A DNA stretch of 55,156 nucleotides, counting the filler, from Squatina squatina (lineage: Eukaryota): NCBI GenBank assembly GCA_031763465.1. It is 3 parts of 3 records of this genome, joined end to end, with 100 filler letters (N's around TTAATTAATTAA, not from the genome) between each part and the next. Parts side by side here need not be neighbours in the genome. Positions count along the whole stretch, not along the records: positions 21,001 to 41,483 come from JARFOE010000001.1; 2 more parts are not named here. One strand, given 5' to 3'. This document shows positions 27,647 through 38,599 of this stretch, piece after piece. The notes beneath the pieces were generated by a model, which saw only the letters and a program-made list of their open reading frames with translations, had not been told where the DNA came from and made no database searches. A program made the translations under genes and the position numbers. Position 1 is the stretch's first letter; every line of letters begins with the position of its first letter.

Positions 27647-27932
27647 CCCCTTTAAGAGGCCTGTTGCAGTGCCAGGTTCCCCTGCCACTGCAACCGACCA
27701 GCGCTGCGGCCACGTTCTATGGATGAATTCCGCCCGTGGGCCACAAAGGGGGTAAGAGAGTCAGCTCGCATTTTAATAATGTCGCCGCCGACCTGCCGCG
27801 GAATTCACTGGGTCAGGTGAATTTCCTGGGAGGCGAGATGGCCGCTTCCCAGTGCCATTTTGTCCATTTTTGTCCCATTAGCACCCCTTGGAGGCACTAA
27901 CGGGGTGAAACCTGAGAAGAATTTCTCCTATA
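27647..27932. mobile_element. GC-rich non-autonomous DNA transposon fragment
   Basis: Shares cccctttaagagg and gccattttgtcc...ccccttggaggc with the right half of the 44500-45097 element. Confidence 0.6.
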
Positions 27933-28695
27933 TTTTATGTGAATAATTTTTAATACTTGTCAAAAAATTCCTAAACCTTTTAATATATTATTAATCTCCT
28001 TAGGTGATATGTAGACTAATTTACTTTTGGCTATTCTTGGAATTTGGGTGACACTAGCAATGCAGCATTTATTGCCCATCCCTAGTTACCCTGAGGGCTT
28101 CAGGAATCAACCACATACTGTGGGACTAGAGTTATGTATAGGTCAGATTAGGTAGGGGTAGCGGGCTTCCTTTGATTAAAGGACATTAGTGAACCAGTTG
28201 GGGTTGTACGACAATCTGTCTGCTTTTATGATAATTTTCAGCAGAATTAATCATTAAAGTATCAAAATTTGTCAACAAAGATCCAAACAGTCGGGAGGAA
28301 TTACAATAATTTTATACACATGAAGAATGGGCACTCGAGTGAAGTACTGACAGGCTACTGATACCTTTGGAGTAGGTACACCTGTGTGTGTGTGTTATGT
28401 GAGAGAGCATGACATGATGACAGGATTGGATTTGACTAATGCCCCAGGGTTCAACGGCTTTTCAACACTCATGATCAAAGCTCACAGGTGAAAAATGGCC
28501 ACTCAGCTGACATATTAGAGGTTTTACCAGTGTTGGTAGAACTATATCCCAACAAGGTGTGAGTGCTTTCAGAGAATGGGGAGAAAGTCAGTGGGAGAGA
28601 GGAAGGTGGATAAAAATTAATACTTTTTTATAATAACTAATTGATGATACTAACACCAAAATGTTGCAGCTATCGTTAGTGTTTCAAACATTTAC

Positions 28696-28901
28696 CTTCT
28701 GACTTCAGATCTGGAGCTCCACACTCTAATCCAATGAACCTGGCCTTCATTCGCCCCTCAAAATACACAAAAATTGTTGGCAAAAATTTGTCTGGGTAGT
28801 TAGGAATACAAATGTTTGCAATGGCCTTCATGAATTTTGTTTCTGGATACTTCTTAGCTAGCTGACCCAAGTGATGATTGAGCAAAATGCACATTGGTAT
28901 G
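28696..28901 (-). CDS. PDCL2: Phosducin-like protein 2, thioredoxin-like domain exon
   Basis: IPMCILLNHHLGQLAKKYPETKFMKAIANICIPNYPDKFLPTIFVYFEGRMKARFIGLECGAPDLKSE; acceptor ctacag, donor G|gtaaat; position between CLOCK and NMU favours PDCL2 over PDCL3. Confidence 0.88.
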
Positions 28902-28986
28902 CTGTAGTAGTAATAGTGACAAAAAAAAAAGAGATTATCCGATTCAGTTTATCTTAGCATTTAAATTTACGTAAACAAAGTTAAAC

Positions 28987-29164
28987 TATGAGTGTAAGTT
29001 CCACGGGAGTTCTGCTTGCCTGTTGTAACTTCAGTGGAAGTGCTGCGAAATCCCTAGGAAAATGTGTAAATGGTGTTTAGGTTGTTTTCCAGGGTTTCCG
29101 CGGCTCTTCTGCTGAAGTTATGGAAAACATTTGGGAGAACCCCTGTGGAAATTCATTCCCTATA
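28987..29164. mobile_element. Palindromic MITE-like element of about 178 bp in a PDCL2 intron
   Basis: taacttcagtggaagtgctgcgaaatccctaggaaaa pairs with ttttccagggtttccgcggctcttctgctgaagtta; outer arms ttccacgggagttct / agaacccctgtggaa; TA at both ends. Confidence 0.7.
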
Positions 29165-30059
29165 ACTTTTGCAGCTGTCACAATATTGGAAAACCTAGAA
29201 TATACCACTTATGGTAAAATGAAAGTCATTAACATGAACTAGTTTTTTCCTTAAAATATTACCAGTGTATACCAAATAGTAAATATTACCACAATAACAA
29301 AAGAGTGCTTTAAAGGAGTTCTACTTTTAAATTTGGTGCCTGCATATGTTTGCTTTCTCCAAAAATTCAGAAAATATTTTGTTCTATTTAACATACATCA
29401 ACGTATCCTTCTCCAGCGCTATATGGCAGCTTGTTCCCTTTATGTTTCCTCCCTCTGTCCCAACGCAAGTGGCAGAGCTTTCAGCTGCCTTGGACCTACA
29501 CTCTGGAAATTCCNNNNNNNNNNNNNNNNNNNNNNNNNNNNNNNNNNNNNNNNNNNNNNNNNNNNNNNNNNNNNNNNNNNNNNNNNNNNNNNNNNNNNNN
29601 NNNNNNNNNNNNNCAGCAGAAAGCTTTGTAAAAATATCACAAAGCTCTGTGCTGGGGATGGGCTTCGCAGCCTCAGTGTTGGATCTGTTCAGAAGTTTCT
29701 GGACAGATTGCAAATGCCGGTTATACGGGCTTACGATGTACAGCCCCATAACTCCGCTTTTGCAATGTCTCCCCGGGGACATTGCAATTTCAGGGCCAAT
29801 ATTGCTTTTCATTTAACACTGAAACCATTCTTTTTGCTCCCACAGTAATATTCTGCCATTTAAAGCATTGCAAAAATATTGGGAAATCTTCCTGATTGAA
29901 CAAAAATGTTCCTCAACCATTTATCAATAATACAGTATATATGATGTCGGATGTTATGGCCTGAAGAATCAATTATATCACTGTTGCATGTTGAAACAGT
30001 GGAAGTTAGTAACACAACTTACAAGACTGATATATCTGTGGAACTGATTAACTACATAC

Positions 30060-30203
30060 CCAGGTCTATAAAGGTGAAGTACGACCCATATTCCTTCTCC
30101 TGCATAAGTAATTTGCTTTACATACTCATCTCCTTGGAGTTCAGCCAACTCACCAAATCGACTTTTTTTTTGTACAGCTTGCCACTCTGCCAGACGCTGA
30201 CGC
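30060..30203 (-). CDS. PDCL2: PDCL2 internal exon
   Basis: RQRLAEWQAVQKKSRFGELAELQGDEYVKQITYAGEGIWVVLHLYRPG; acceptor ttttag, donor GG|gtatgt; phases match both neighbouring exons. Confidence 0.88.
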
Positions 30204-31435
30204 CTAAAAGACAAACATGAGCNNNNNNNNNNNNNNNNNNNNNNNNNNNNNNNNNNNNNNNNNNNNNNNNNNNNNNNNNNNNNNNNNNNNNNNNNNNNNN
30301 NNNNNNNNNNNNNNNNNNNNNNNNNNNNNNNNNNNNNNNNNNNNNNNNNNNNNNNNNNNNNNNNNNNNNNNNNNNNNNNNNNNNNNNNNNNNNNNNNNNN
30401 NNNNNNNNNNNNNNNNNNNNNNNNNNNNNNNNNNNNNNNNNNNNNNNNNNNNNNNNNNNNNNNNNNNNNNNNNNNNNNNNNNNNNNNNNNNNNNNNNNNN
30501 NNNNNNNNNNNNNNNNNNNNNNNNNNNNNNNNNNNNNNNNNNNNNNNNNNNNNNNNNNNNNNNNNNNNNNNNNNNNNNNNNNNNNNNNNNNNNNNNNNNN
30601 NNNNNNNNNNNNNNNNNNNNNNNNNNNNNNNNNNNNNNNNNNNNNNNNNNNNNNNNNNNNNNNNNNNNNNNNNNNNNNNNNNNNNNNNNNNNNNNNNNNN
30701 NNNNNNNNNNNNNNNNNNNNNNNNNNNNNNNNNNNNNNNNNNNNNNNNNNNNNNNNNNNNNNNNNNNNNNNNNNNNNNNNNNNNNNNNNNNNNNNNNNNN
30801 NNNNNNNNNNNNNNNNNNNNNNNNNNNNNNNNNNNNNNNNNNNNNNNNNNNNNNNNNNNNNNNNNNNNNNNNNNNNNNNNNNNNNNNNNNNNNNNNNNNN
30901 NNNNNNNNNNNNNNNNNNNNNNNNNNNNNNNNNNNNNNNNNNNNNNNNNNNNNNNNNNNNNNNNNNNNNNNNNNNNNNNNNNNNNNNNNNNNNNNNNNNN
31001 NNNNNNNNNNNNNNNNNNNNNNNNNNNNNNNNNNNNNNNNNNNNNNNNNNNNNNNNNNNNNNNNNNNNNNNNNNNNNAGCATTATTTTAAATTGTTAACA
31101 AATGAAGAGCACTGTGCATTTGAATTTTAAAAATGCAATCCTGGCAGGCAAAGTTCCTTCTCAAAGTTGAAAATTTAGCTTTACTATGCAGGATAAGTAT
31201 AAGACTCCCCATTCTCTAAAATTCTATAATGATCTTTAAAAAATTTTTGTATAAACTGCATAAAGAAGTTTAATGTATAAGAAAGGAGGATATGTTATAG
31301 AGGGCTTTCATTCTTTGATCTGAAGATGCACAATACTTAGTAAGTCAATCAAAGCAGATCCCTTCTTTATGTGACATAACAGTTGTATTTAAACGGCTCT
31401 TTTATTGTTGTCGCCAAAGAGTTATTTGCGCTAAC

Positions 31436-31526
31436 CTGTACATTTCAATAGCATGTTCATCCTCCTCATCAAACTCATCCTCTGCCTCTTTTAGCTCTGC
31501 AAGGTTCATCCGTTCATAGGGTTTAA
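31436..31526 (-). CDS. PDCL2: PDCL2 internal exon (acidic helix)
   Basis: (V)[30 protein letters not shown]; acceptor tcacag, donor AG|gttagc; 91 bp. Confidence 0.88.
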
Positions 31527-32512
31527 CTGTGAGAAGCAGAAGTTTGAATAAAATAAGCCACTCTGTGTACGCACTGAATGATTTTTTGGACACTGGGTGT
31601 CAACAATACATTAGTAATTTTATGAGTCCATGGCTGAAAATTTGCTCAGAGCTCCTTTGGCCCTGTCACCGTAACTTTGCTGGAAGTACGACGAAAACCA
31701 GTTTATATGCGTGAGCGGTGTTCACACCACACTTGCAATGAAGTTACGATGACGGAGTGGGACCAGCCCCAAAGGGAGGCGAGGACTGCTGGATCCAGGA
31801 GGTAAGTGCCTTTCCACTTACCTTCTGGATCCAATGTTCCTGCCTCACCAAATCACGCGATCGGACACCTCCCAACCCTTCCGATCTCCCCCTTGACCTC
31901 CTCCTGAGGCCTCCGAGCCACCCCACAAGGCCTCCGTTCTCCCCCCACGAGACTTCCAACACTCTGCACCCCACCCCGTCTCCATGAGGTCTCCGATCTC
32001 CAACCCCTGCTGTGGCCTTCCGACCCTCTGCAGCAGTTAAAACCTGTCTTAGCCCTTCCGACCTGCCCCTTCTGGCCTTACGACACGTCCCCTGGCTCCC
32101 AATGCCCCACTGGCCTTCCAACCTCCCCCTCTGACCCACAATTACCTTCCAGCTCCCGAACCTCTTCCAACCTCATCCCTCCAGCCCCCAATTCCCTTCT
32201 GACCTATCCCCTCTCCGGCACCCGATCCCTCTCCGGCCTCCAACCACCCCTGCCCTGATCCCTCCCTCCTTTTTCCAGCCTGGTGCCGCAGGTATATGCA
32301 CCCGATAGCCAGCCAGCCTCTGCAACTGGCTGGCTGCAGGCGAGAATTGGTGCTTTGAAATGTTAATCAGGCCCTGCAGTTAAATTCGGCAGGGCCTGAG
32401 GGAAACCCATTCTCCCGGGTTTCCTGACCTCTTTCCAGCCCCTTTGCTCTTTACTCACCTCCAAATTAAAATTCCAGCCAAGGTTTCTACAAATCCTACA
32501 ACTATAAATGGC

Positions 32513-32752
32513 CAGCTATATTTCCCAGCCAGCAGGAATGGTGGTGGAAGATGTCGAATGTCACATCCTTGTTCAAAAAGGGTGTAAGGATAAACCCAGC
32601 AACCACAGACAGTTACTAAGATCAGTTTAACGTCGGCAGTGGGGAAACTTTTAGAAACGATAATCCGGCACAAAATTAAGAGTCACTTGGACAAATGTGG
32701 ATTAATTAAGGCAAGCCAGCACTGATTTGTCAAAGGCAAATTGTATTTACCT
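32513..32752 (+). mobile_element. CR1 LINE ORF2 fragment
   Basis: aatgtcacatccttgttcaaaaagggtgtaagg (NVTSLFKKG) and gcaagccagcac...tttgtcaaaggcaaattgt; similar to 39040-39170. Confidence 0.8.
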
Positions 32753-32902
32753 AATACAAAAGCAAAATACTGCGGACGCTGGCATCTAGAATATAAACAA
32801 AAAATGCTAGAAAAACTCAGCAGGACAGGCAGCATCTGTGGAGAGAAAAACAGAGTCAACGTTTCGGGTCGATGACCCTTCATCAGAACTGAAAAAAGCC
32901 AG
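32753..32902 (-). mobile_element. Penelope-like element terminal (pLTR-type) fragment or derived non-autonomous repeat
   Basis: Carries the CTGATGA...GAAACGTT hammerhead core typical of Penelope pLTRs; a Penelope RT fragment also occurs at 46100-46414. Confidence 0.65.
32854..32890 (-). ncRNA. Minimal type I hammerhead ribozyme motif
   Basis: Minus strand reads AGTT-CTGATGA-A-GGGTC-ATC-GACCC-GAAAC-GTT-GACT: both core boxes, a perfect 5-bp stem II, palindromic AACGTT stem III and a short stem I. Confidence 0.7.
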
Positions 32903-33930
32903 NNNNNNNNNNNNNNNNNNNNNNNNNNNNNNNNNNNNNNNNNNNNNNNNNNNNNNNNNNNNNNNNNNNNNNNNNNNNNNNNNNNNNNNNNNNNNNNNNN
33001 NNTACTTCCCATTCTCCTGCAGACCAAGGTGGCGCACAACAGATGTGAACAGCAGCAGACAGGCAGAGGAGAAGCACATCTTCAAAAACTCACTGCGCTG
33101 GAGGATATGGTGCTGGAGATAAATGGAGGGGCCGTCACTGTGGGAGAATCAAGGTATGCTCATACCTAATCCTTCTTCTCCCATCTCACTTCTCCTTCAT
33201 CACACAATCTCTTCTCACTTACAAACTGCTGATGGTATAAGCATGCACAAGGGGCTTGCAGGGTCTAACAGCAGTCCAGAAATCTGCCCTCCAATGGATG
33301 GCTAGGAATGCTGAGGCACCGCCCTGAGGGAGTGACAGTGGTTCCGTGGGGCAAGAACCTTCAAGATAACAACATCCGTACTCCCATCCCTGCCACACCG
33401 CCAGTCCCTTTGCTGCTTCCTCCTGCTGTCATCCATGCCGAGGTGGTGCAGCCAGAAGCCGGGCCTTCTAGGCCCAGAACTGCACAAGGTCATCCAAGGC
33501 CATCTGCAGTCTCCCCAATGAACATCAGAAGCCTTCCACCAGCCATGCTGTAGCTACTGGGGTAGCAGTGCGTCGGAGCGCTAGGATAGGCAAAGGTACA
33601 TGAAAGACAGACACTAAATGAATGCACAACGGTGATCAGTTCACTTTCTTATGTAGTTTTGGATTGATTAATTTCCAAAGTATGATTGGAGTGTTTGTTC
33701 TGTTGTGGCTCCCATTTCAGTTTTGTGCTGAAGAGAATGTGGTGATTTTCCATGCCAGAGGGGTGGTAAGGTGGGGAAGTGGGGAGCAACGGGAATCTGG
33801 GCTTTCATTCAGGGGAACCTGATTCAGAGGAAGGTGCTCACTTCTGGATCGGGGATCTGTTGCCTGCCTCCTCCCTTCCTCCTCCTCCTCCTCCTCCTCC
33901 TCGTGGAACCCATGGAGACAAGGACTGCAC

Positions 33931-34163
33931 CCTCATGAAGGCCAAGTTGTGGAGGATGCAGCAGACCACCACAAAATGGGACACCGCTACGGCGTATATT
34001 GGAGGGCTCCTCCGGAGCGGCCAACACAGTGGAACCATTGCTTTAGCACCCCGATGGTCTGCTTGCTGAGGTTCCTTGTGACAGCATGGCTCTCATTATA
34101 TGACTGCTGGCCACAGGTGGTGAGGTTGTGGAAGGGAGTCATCAGCCAGGTGTAGAGTGGATA
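33931..34163 (-). pseudogene. PIF/Harbinger transposase (DDE_Tnp_4 type) C-terminal remnant, within a larger element spanning about 33003-34389
   Basis: Own translation: YPLYTWLMTPFHNLTTCGQQSYNESHAVTRNLSKQTIGVLKQWFHCVGRSGGALQYTP-stop, then after a frameshift VSHFVVVCCILHNLAFMR. Confidence 0.88.
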
Positions 34164-36070
34164 GACTTTAGGCTGGGCTTTACCAACCTCGGCGCGTCCG
34201 TGGATGCAACACAGCTGGCGGGTCCCGACACTGCTGCTGTCTCCATCCCGGCCTCTGGAATGAATTAACCGTTATTGGGCTTGTTAAACCCGCCCAGCCC
34301 ATTTCCTGGCCAATTAGACGAAGCAGGTCAGGTGATGTCATTTGATGAGGTGTCATCAGCCGGTTTCCTTAAAGGGACCATGTTCAACTNNNNNNNNNNN
34401 NNNNNNNNNNNNNNNNNNNNNNNNNNNNNNNNNNNNNNNNNNNNNNNNNNNNNNNNNNNNNNNNNNNNNNNNNNNNNNNNNNNNNNNNNNNNNNNNNNNN
34501 NNNNNNNNNNNNNNNNNNNNNNNNNNNNNNNNNNNNNNNNNNNNNNNNNNNNNNNNNNNNNNNNNNNNNNNNNNNNNNNNNNNNNNNNNNNNNNNNNNNN
34601 NNNNNNNNNNNNNNNNNNNNNNNNNNNNNNNNNNNNNNNNNNNNNNNNNNNNNNNNNNNNNNNNNNNNNNNNNNNNNNNNNNNNNNNNNNNNNNNNNNNN
34701 NNNNNNNNNNNNNNNNNNNNNNNNNNNNNNNNNNNNNNNNNNNNNNNNNNNNNNNNNNNNNNNNNNNNNNNNNNNNNNNNNNNNNNNNNNNNNNNNNNNN
34801 NNNNNNNNNNNNNNNNNNNNNNNNNNNNNNNNNNNNNNNNNNNNNNNNNNNNNNNNNNNNNNNNNNNNNNNNNNNNNNNNNNNNNNNNNNNNNNNNNNNN
34901 NNNNNNNNNNNNNNNNNNNNNNNNNNNNNNNNNNNNNNNNNNNNNNNNNNNNNNNNNNNNNNNNNNNNNNNNNNNNNNNNNNNNNNNNNNNNNNNNNNNN
35001 NNNNNNNNNNNNNNNNNNNNNNNNNNNNNNNNNNNNNNNNNNNNNNNNNNNNNNNNNNNNNNNNNNNNNNNNNNNNNNNNNNNNNNNNNNNNNNNNNNNN
35101 NNNNNNNNNNNNNNNNNNNNNNNNNNCAGCCCCTGATGTGTGGTGAAACATTCCTGATGAAATCTGATTTTACAGTCATATGAAATCCTGCAATCTGTAC
35201 TAAATTGGAGATAATGGACAAACCATCATCAACATACAATAGACATGCTATGATTAAACACAACTGCATCTTAGCAAGGATTTTGTAACAGTGCCATTGT
35301 GTTTAAGGAGGTTTGTCTCTTTAATGCTACAAAGTCTAATTGCAGTAAATATGGACATCCTGAGGTCATTTAGAGATTGGCATATGCTTGTAAATTCCTG
35401 GCACCAAGTCCAAAGAAGCAAATGTAATTTGACCTATTCCTTTTATATTTCTGATATTTGCACTTAAATCTTTTACACACATAAAAATAGAGAAATAGAC
35501 ATAGATATAAAGGTAAATCTATTGATAGAAGAGTTATCATTTAGTCTCTGCCACACTCAGCATTATGAAAGATTAATCAAAAATTTAAATCACTTAGCCT
35601 TTGTTTTCTTTCATGAGTCGATGAGTTTCTTGTTAACTACAGAATCATTGTAATATGTGTTACCACAAGATTATTGCCTGAATAAAAATAATAAATAAAA
35701 ACCTCAGGGTTTGTATCAATATAATTAGTTTCTGAAGTTTTAATTATATGTGTTGCCATTTTCAATAATTAGATATGTGATGAAGTAATTAAAAGCTGGC
35801 AGCTTTTGAAAATGCTGAGTTAATGTTCTGTTCTCTGAAATTATAGTGAGACATGCTGGAAAACAATATCACTGTCACTGATGTAGCAAACAAAGCTCTA
35901 ATTATGTGGTATACATAACTTCTACAATAAATAGAGAAACAACAACATTAAGCCTCTGTGGTATGGCTTAATGTTCACTAATTTGGAAGTTAATGTCTGG
36001 AGTGGAACCAGAAGATAGCTTTTAACATAATCTTTCCAGGCATTTAAAAAATATTCTCCTTGTCACTTAC

Positions 36071-36121
36071 CATAAAATCAGAATTGCCCGAGTCATGGGT
36101 CTTAGAATAATGAAATAAGAA
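36071..36121 (-). CDS. NMU: Neuromedin U precursor, 51-bp exon encoding the start of the NMU-precursor-related peptide
   Basis: Own translation: FLFHYSKTHDSGNSDFM; acceptor tttgtacag, donor ATG|gtaagt. FLFHYS is the NMU/NMS precursor-related peptide motif, and position and strand between PDCL2 and EXOC1L match NMU. Confidence 0.88.
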
Positions 36122-37234
36122 CTGTACAAAAAATGGAGAAGTATTTTACTACAACGTATATCAATTACTTAANNNNNNNNNNNNNNNNNNNNNNNNNNNN
36201 NNNNNNNNNNNNNNNNNNNNNNNNNNNNNNNNNNNNNNNNNNNNNNNNNNNNNNNNNNNNNNNNNNNNNNNNTCTTCAGGAGCTCCTTGTCCTCAGTCCC
36301 AGGAGTTGTTTCCTTCAGCCCTTACTTCAGCCAGCAAAATCTTCACATATGTATCAATGAATCTGGGAGCTATTCCTGCTGCTGACCCCATTCCTCCCCT
36401 TCCCCCAGGGCTGCTGCTCCTGCAGTCATTCTTCCACTTGTGGTTCCTGCTGTCCAAAAAGTCATATGGAGGGGAGAAAACTGGAGGAAAAAAATAGTTT
36501 TCTCGTACTTCTACGTAAATTCTCAATCCATTTATTAGAAAACTCCCAGACTTGAATATAGGTAGCGCANNNNNNNNNNGAACAGACACACCTATGAACA
36601 CACACACATGACAACATACACATGAACACACAGGTTGATGGCGCTTAGACACATAAGTAAAAACGTAAATTTGCAAAAATGGCAGTCGGAGGCTAGATAT
36701 GAAAAGCAATGTCACCATGGTCCACTGATTGAAGAATCAGTAATATGGCTAGTGCAATGGAGAAATAGTAAGCATGTCACTCAGTATTAAAGCTGCTTTA
36801 TTAAAAGAAAATAGTGGGCAAGAAAAATGTAATATTTTATATGATAGTTACTGCAAATCTAATGACAACAACAAATCTTCTGAACTAGAACGTTATTTTA
36901 ACTTTGAAACATATTTTATTTCCGTGTTATACAGCGAGTTTCCTAATGGAAAACACCATTAAATCAATATCTCAACTTGGCTTTAACGACTGTAATGGAA
37001 TCTATATGGATTGTAAATTACTTGCTAGACTTTTCTCAGGGGAGCAATCCAGCTGGAATATTGATTGAAACTGCAATCCAATAATGTTTTGTGTGTCATC
37101 GTGTTTAAATCCATAGAAACATCACTTAGTTCCATTATGCAGATTGTATACATGATATCTTCTGATTTGTGTTCAGGTACAGTGAGCGAAGTAAGTTTGA
37201 CAAATGTTGCACATCTGAAAGATTGCTTAAGGAA

Positions 37235-37361
37235 ATGGCAGCATTACTCAGAAAAGCATTAAAGAAGGAGATATTTCATCCAAATGGAGACCGTTTGTTT
37301 GCTGTGATTGAAGTAATGACAGCTACTCAAGAAGATGAAAGGTATTACCTTTGCAGTTCAG
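37235..37361 (+). CDS. EXOC1L: Exocyst complex component 1-like, first coding exon
   Basis: MAALLRKALKKEIFHPNGDRLFAVIEVMTATQEDERYYLCSS; donor G|gtaact; paralogous to the EXOC1 exon at 41230 with the same phase-1 intron position; RYYLC motif as in EXOC1L. Confidence 0.82.
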
Positions 37362-38160
37362 GTAACTTTAGTACTTATTACAGTAGCATATTGTCCTCAT
37401 TATGTCTGCAAATTGTAAATACATTTTAGGTAAACTATAAGGGAATAAATGCTTGTTTAATTCAATCACAAGAGAATTTGTGTTAAGAAGTGGGACATGG
37501 TTATTTTATCTAATTCATTGAAATTCACGTGAAATAGTAGCAAACAGTTTAATGTTTGAGTGGGATTTAAACCCCCTGTTAAAATTGGGTGCTCCATTCC
37601 TAAGTAATCACCTGCTTTATAATTATTGTAGCTGCAGCTGCTCCCAAACTGCATGCATCACTGAATTTTCAGCTTTTATTTTGATTGTGTTCTGCTTCCT
37701 ACTGTTTAGCTTATGGCGTTCTTGAACTGATAGGTCTGTATTATTTGCTTCATTGAGACGATGACTTACTTCTTCTATTAGTTCAATCACTTCTCTGTAA
37801 TCTGCAGCTGCAGCATTTCAGCATTAGTTGGGCACTGTTGATATCCCAGGATAATTCTCTCAGCGTCCACCAGAGTCTATTTTGTGTGATATCTGGCATT
37901 GTTTTAGTTGCCTCTTACTGCATTTTTAGCTATTCCATCTAATTTGCAAAATGTGCATTTTAAGAAATGTCTTTCATAATTAAAAAATGCTTGAACATGG
38001 GCTCTAGGTGTTCAGTTAGCTGATTTCAGCTGTGGTAGTGGTAGAAGGACTTCACGTTTTGCAATTACTGGCGATGCCACCACGAAAGGATTTTAGTGTA
38101 AATTAAGTTAAAAATGCTACTGTCAAGTTAAATGCATTCTTGTTCTATAGCTTCCTGTGG

Positions 38161-38552
38161 TGTCAGCCATGGCTTAGTGGTAGCTCTCTTGCCTCTGAGT
38201 GAGAAGGTTGTGGGTTCAAACCCCACTTCAGAGACTTGAGCACATAATCTAGGCTGGCACTATAGTGCTGCACTGACAGAAGTGCTGCCTTTTGGATAAG
38301 ATGTTAAACTTAGGCTGTGTCTGCCCTCTCAGGTGGATGCAAAAGATTTTATGGCATTGTTCTTCCTCAATCAACATCAATTATCTGGTCCTTATCTCAT
38401 TGCTGTTTTTGGGATCTTGCTGTGTGCCAATTGGCAGCTGCATTTCCTACATTACTGCAGCGACTACACTTCAAAAAAGTACTTAATTTGCTGTAAAGTG
38501 CTTTGGGAAATCCTGAGGTCATGAAAAGCACTATGTAAATGCAAGTCTTTTT
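38161..38552 (+). mobile_element. tRNA-derived SINE with Deu-like core and L2-type tail (SacSINE1-like)
   Basis: A-box-like tggcttagtgg, B-box-like ggttcaaaccc, core ccctctcaggtggatg, tail gcactatgtaaatgcaagtcttttt; second copy at 53951-54187. Confidence 0.78.
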
Positions 38553-38599
38553 TCCATTTTATTCAGAGTCTGAATGTCAGAAAAGGAGAAACTTAGGTA

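Noticed and set aside
30204-35269. Long ORFs in the supplied track (for example 292-313 aa)
   Set aside because: They are runs of X produced by translating N gaps.
35595-35636. Possible next NMU exon on the minus strand (LTRNSSTHERKQRL after a ctgtag acceptor)
   Set aside because: HERKQR loosely resembles HERRMKR, but there is no good donor and the HPLLQL motif is missing.
35663-35700. Minus-strand reading ...LFLFR resembling the NMU core YFLFRPRN
   Set aside because: It lies in an AT-rich low-complexity tract, has no proper donor after the Arg codon and no upstream similarity; the alternative 14-nt micro-exon would break frame.
38161-38235. tRNA gene
   Set aside because: The A and B boxes belong to a SINE head that continues into SINE core and tail; there is no full cloverleaf.
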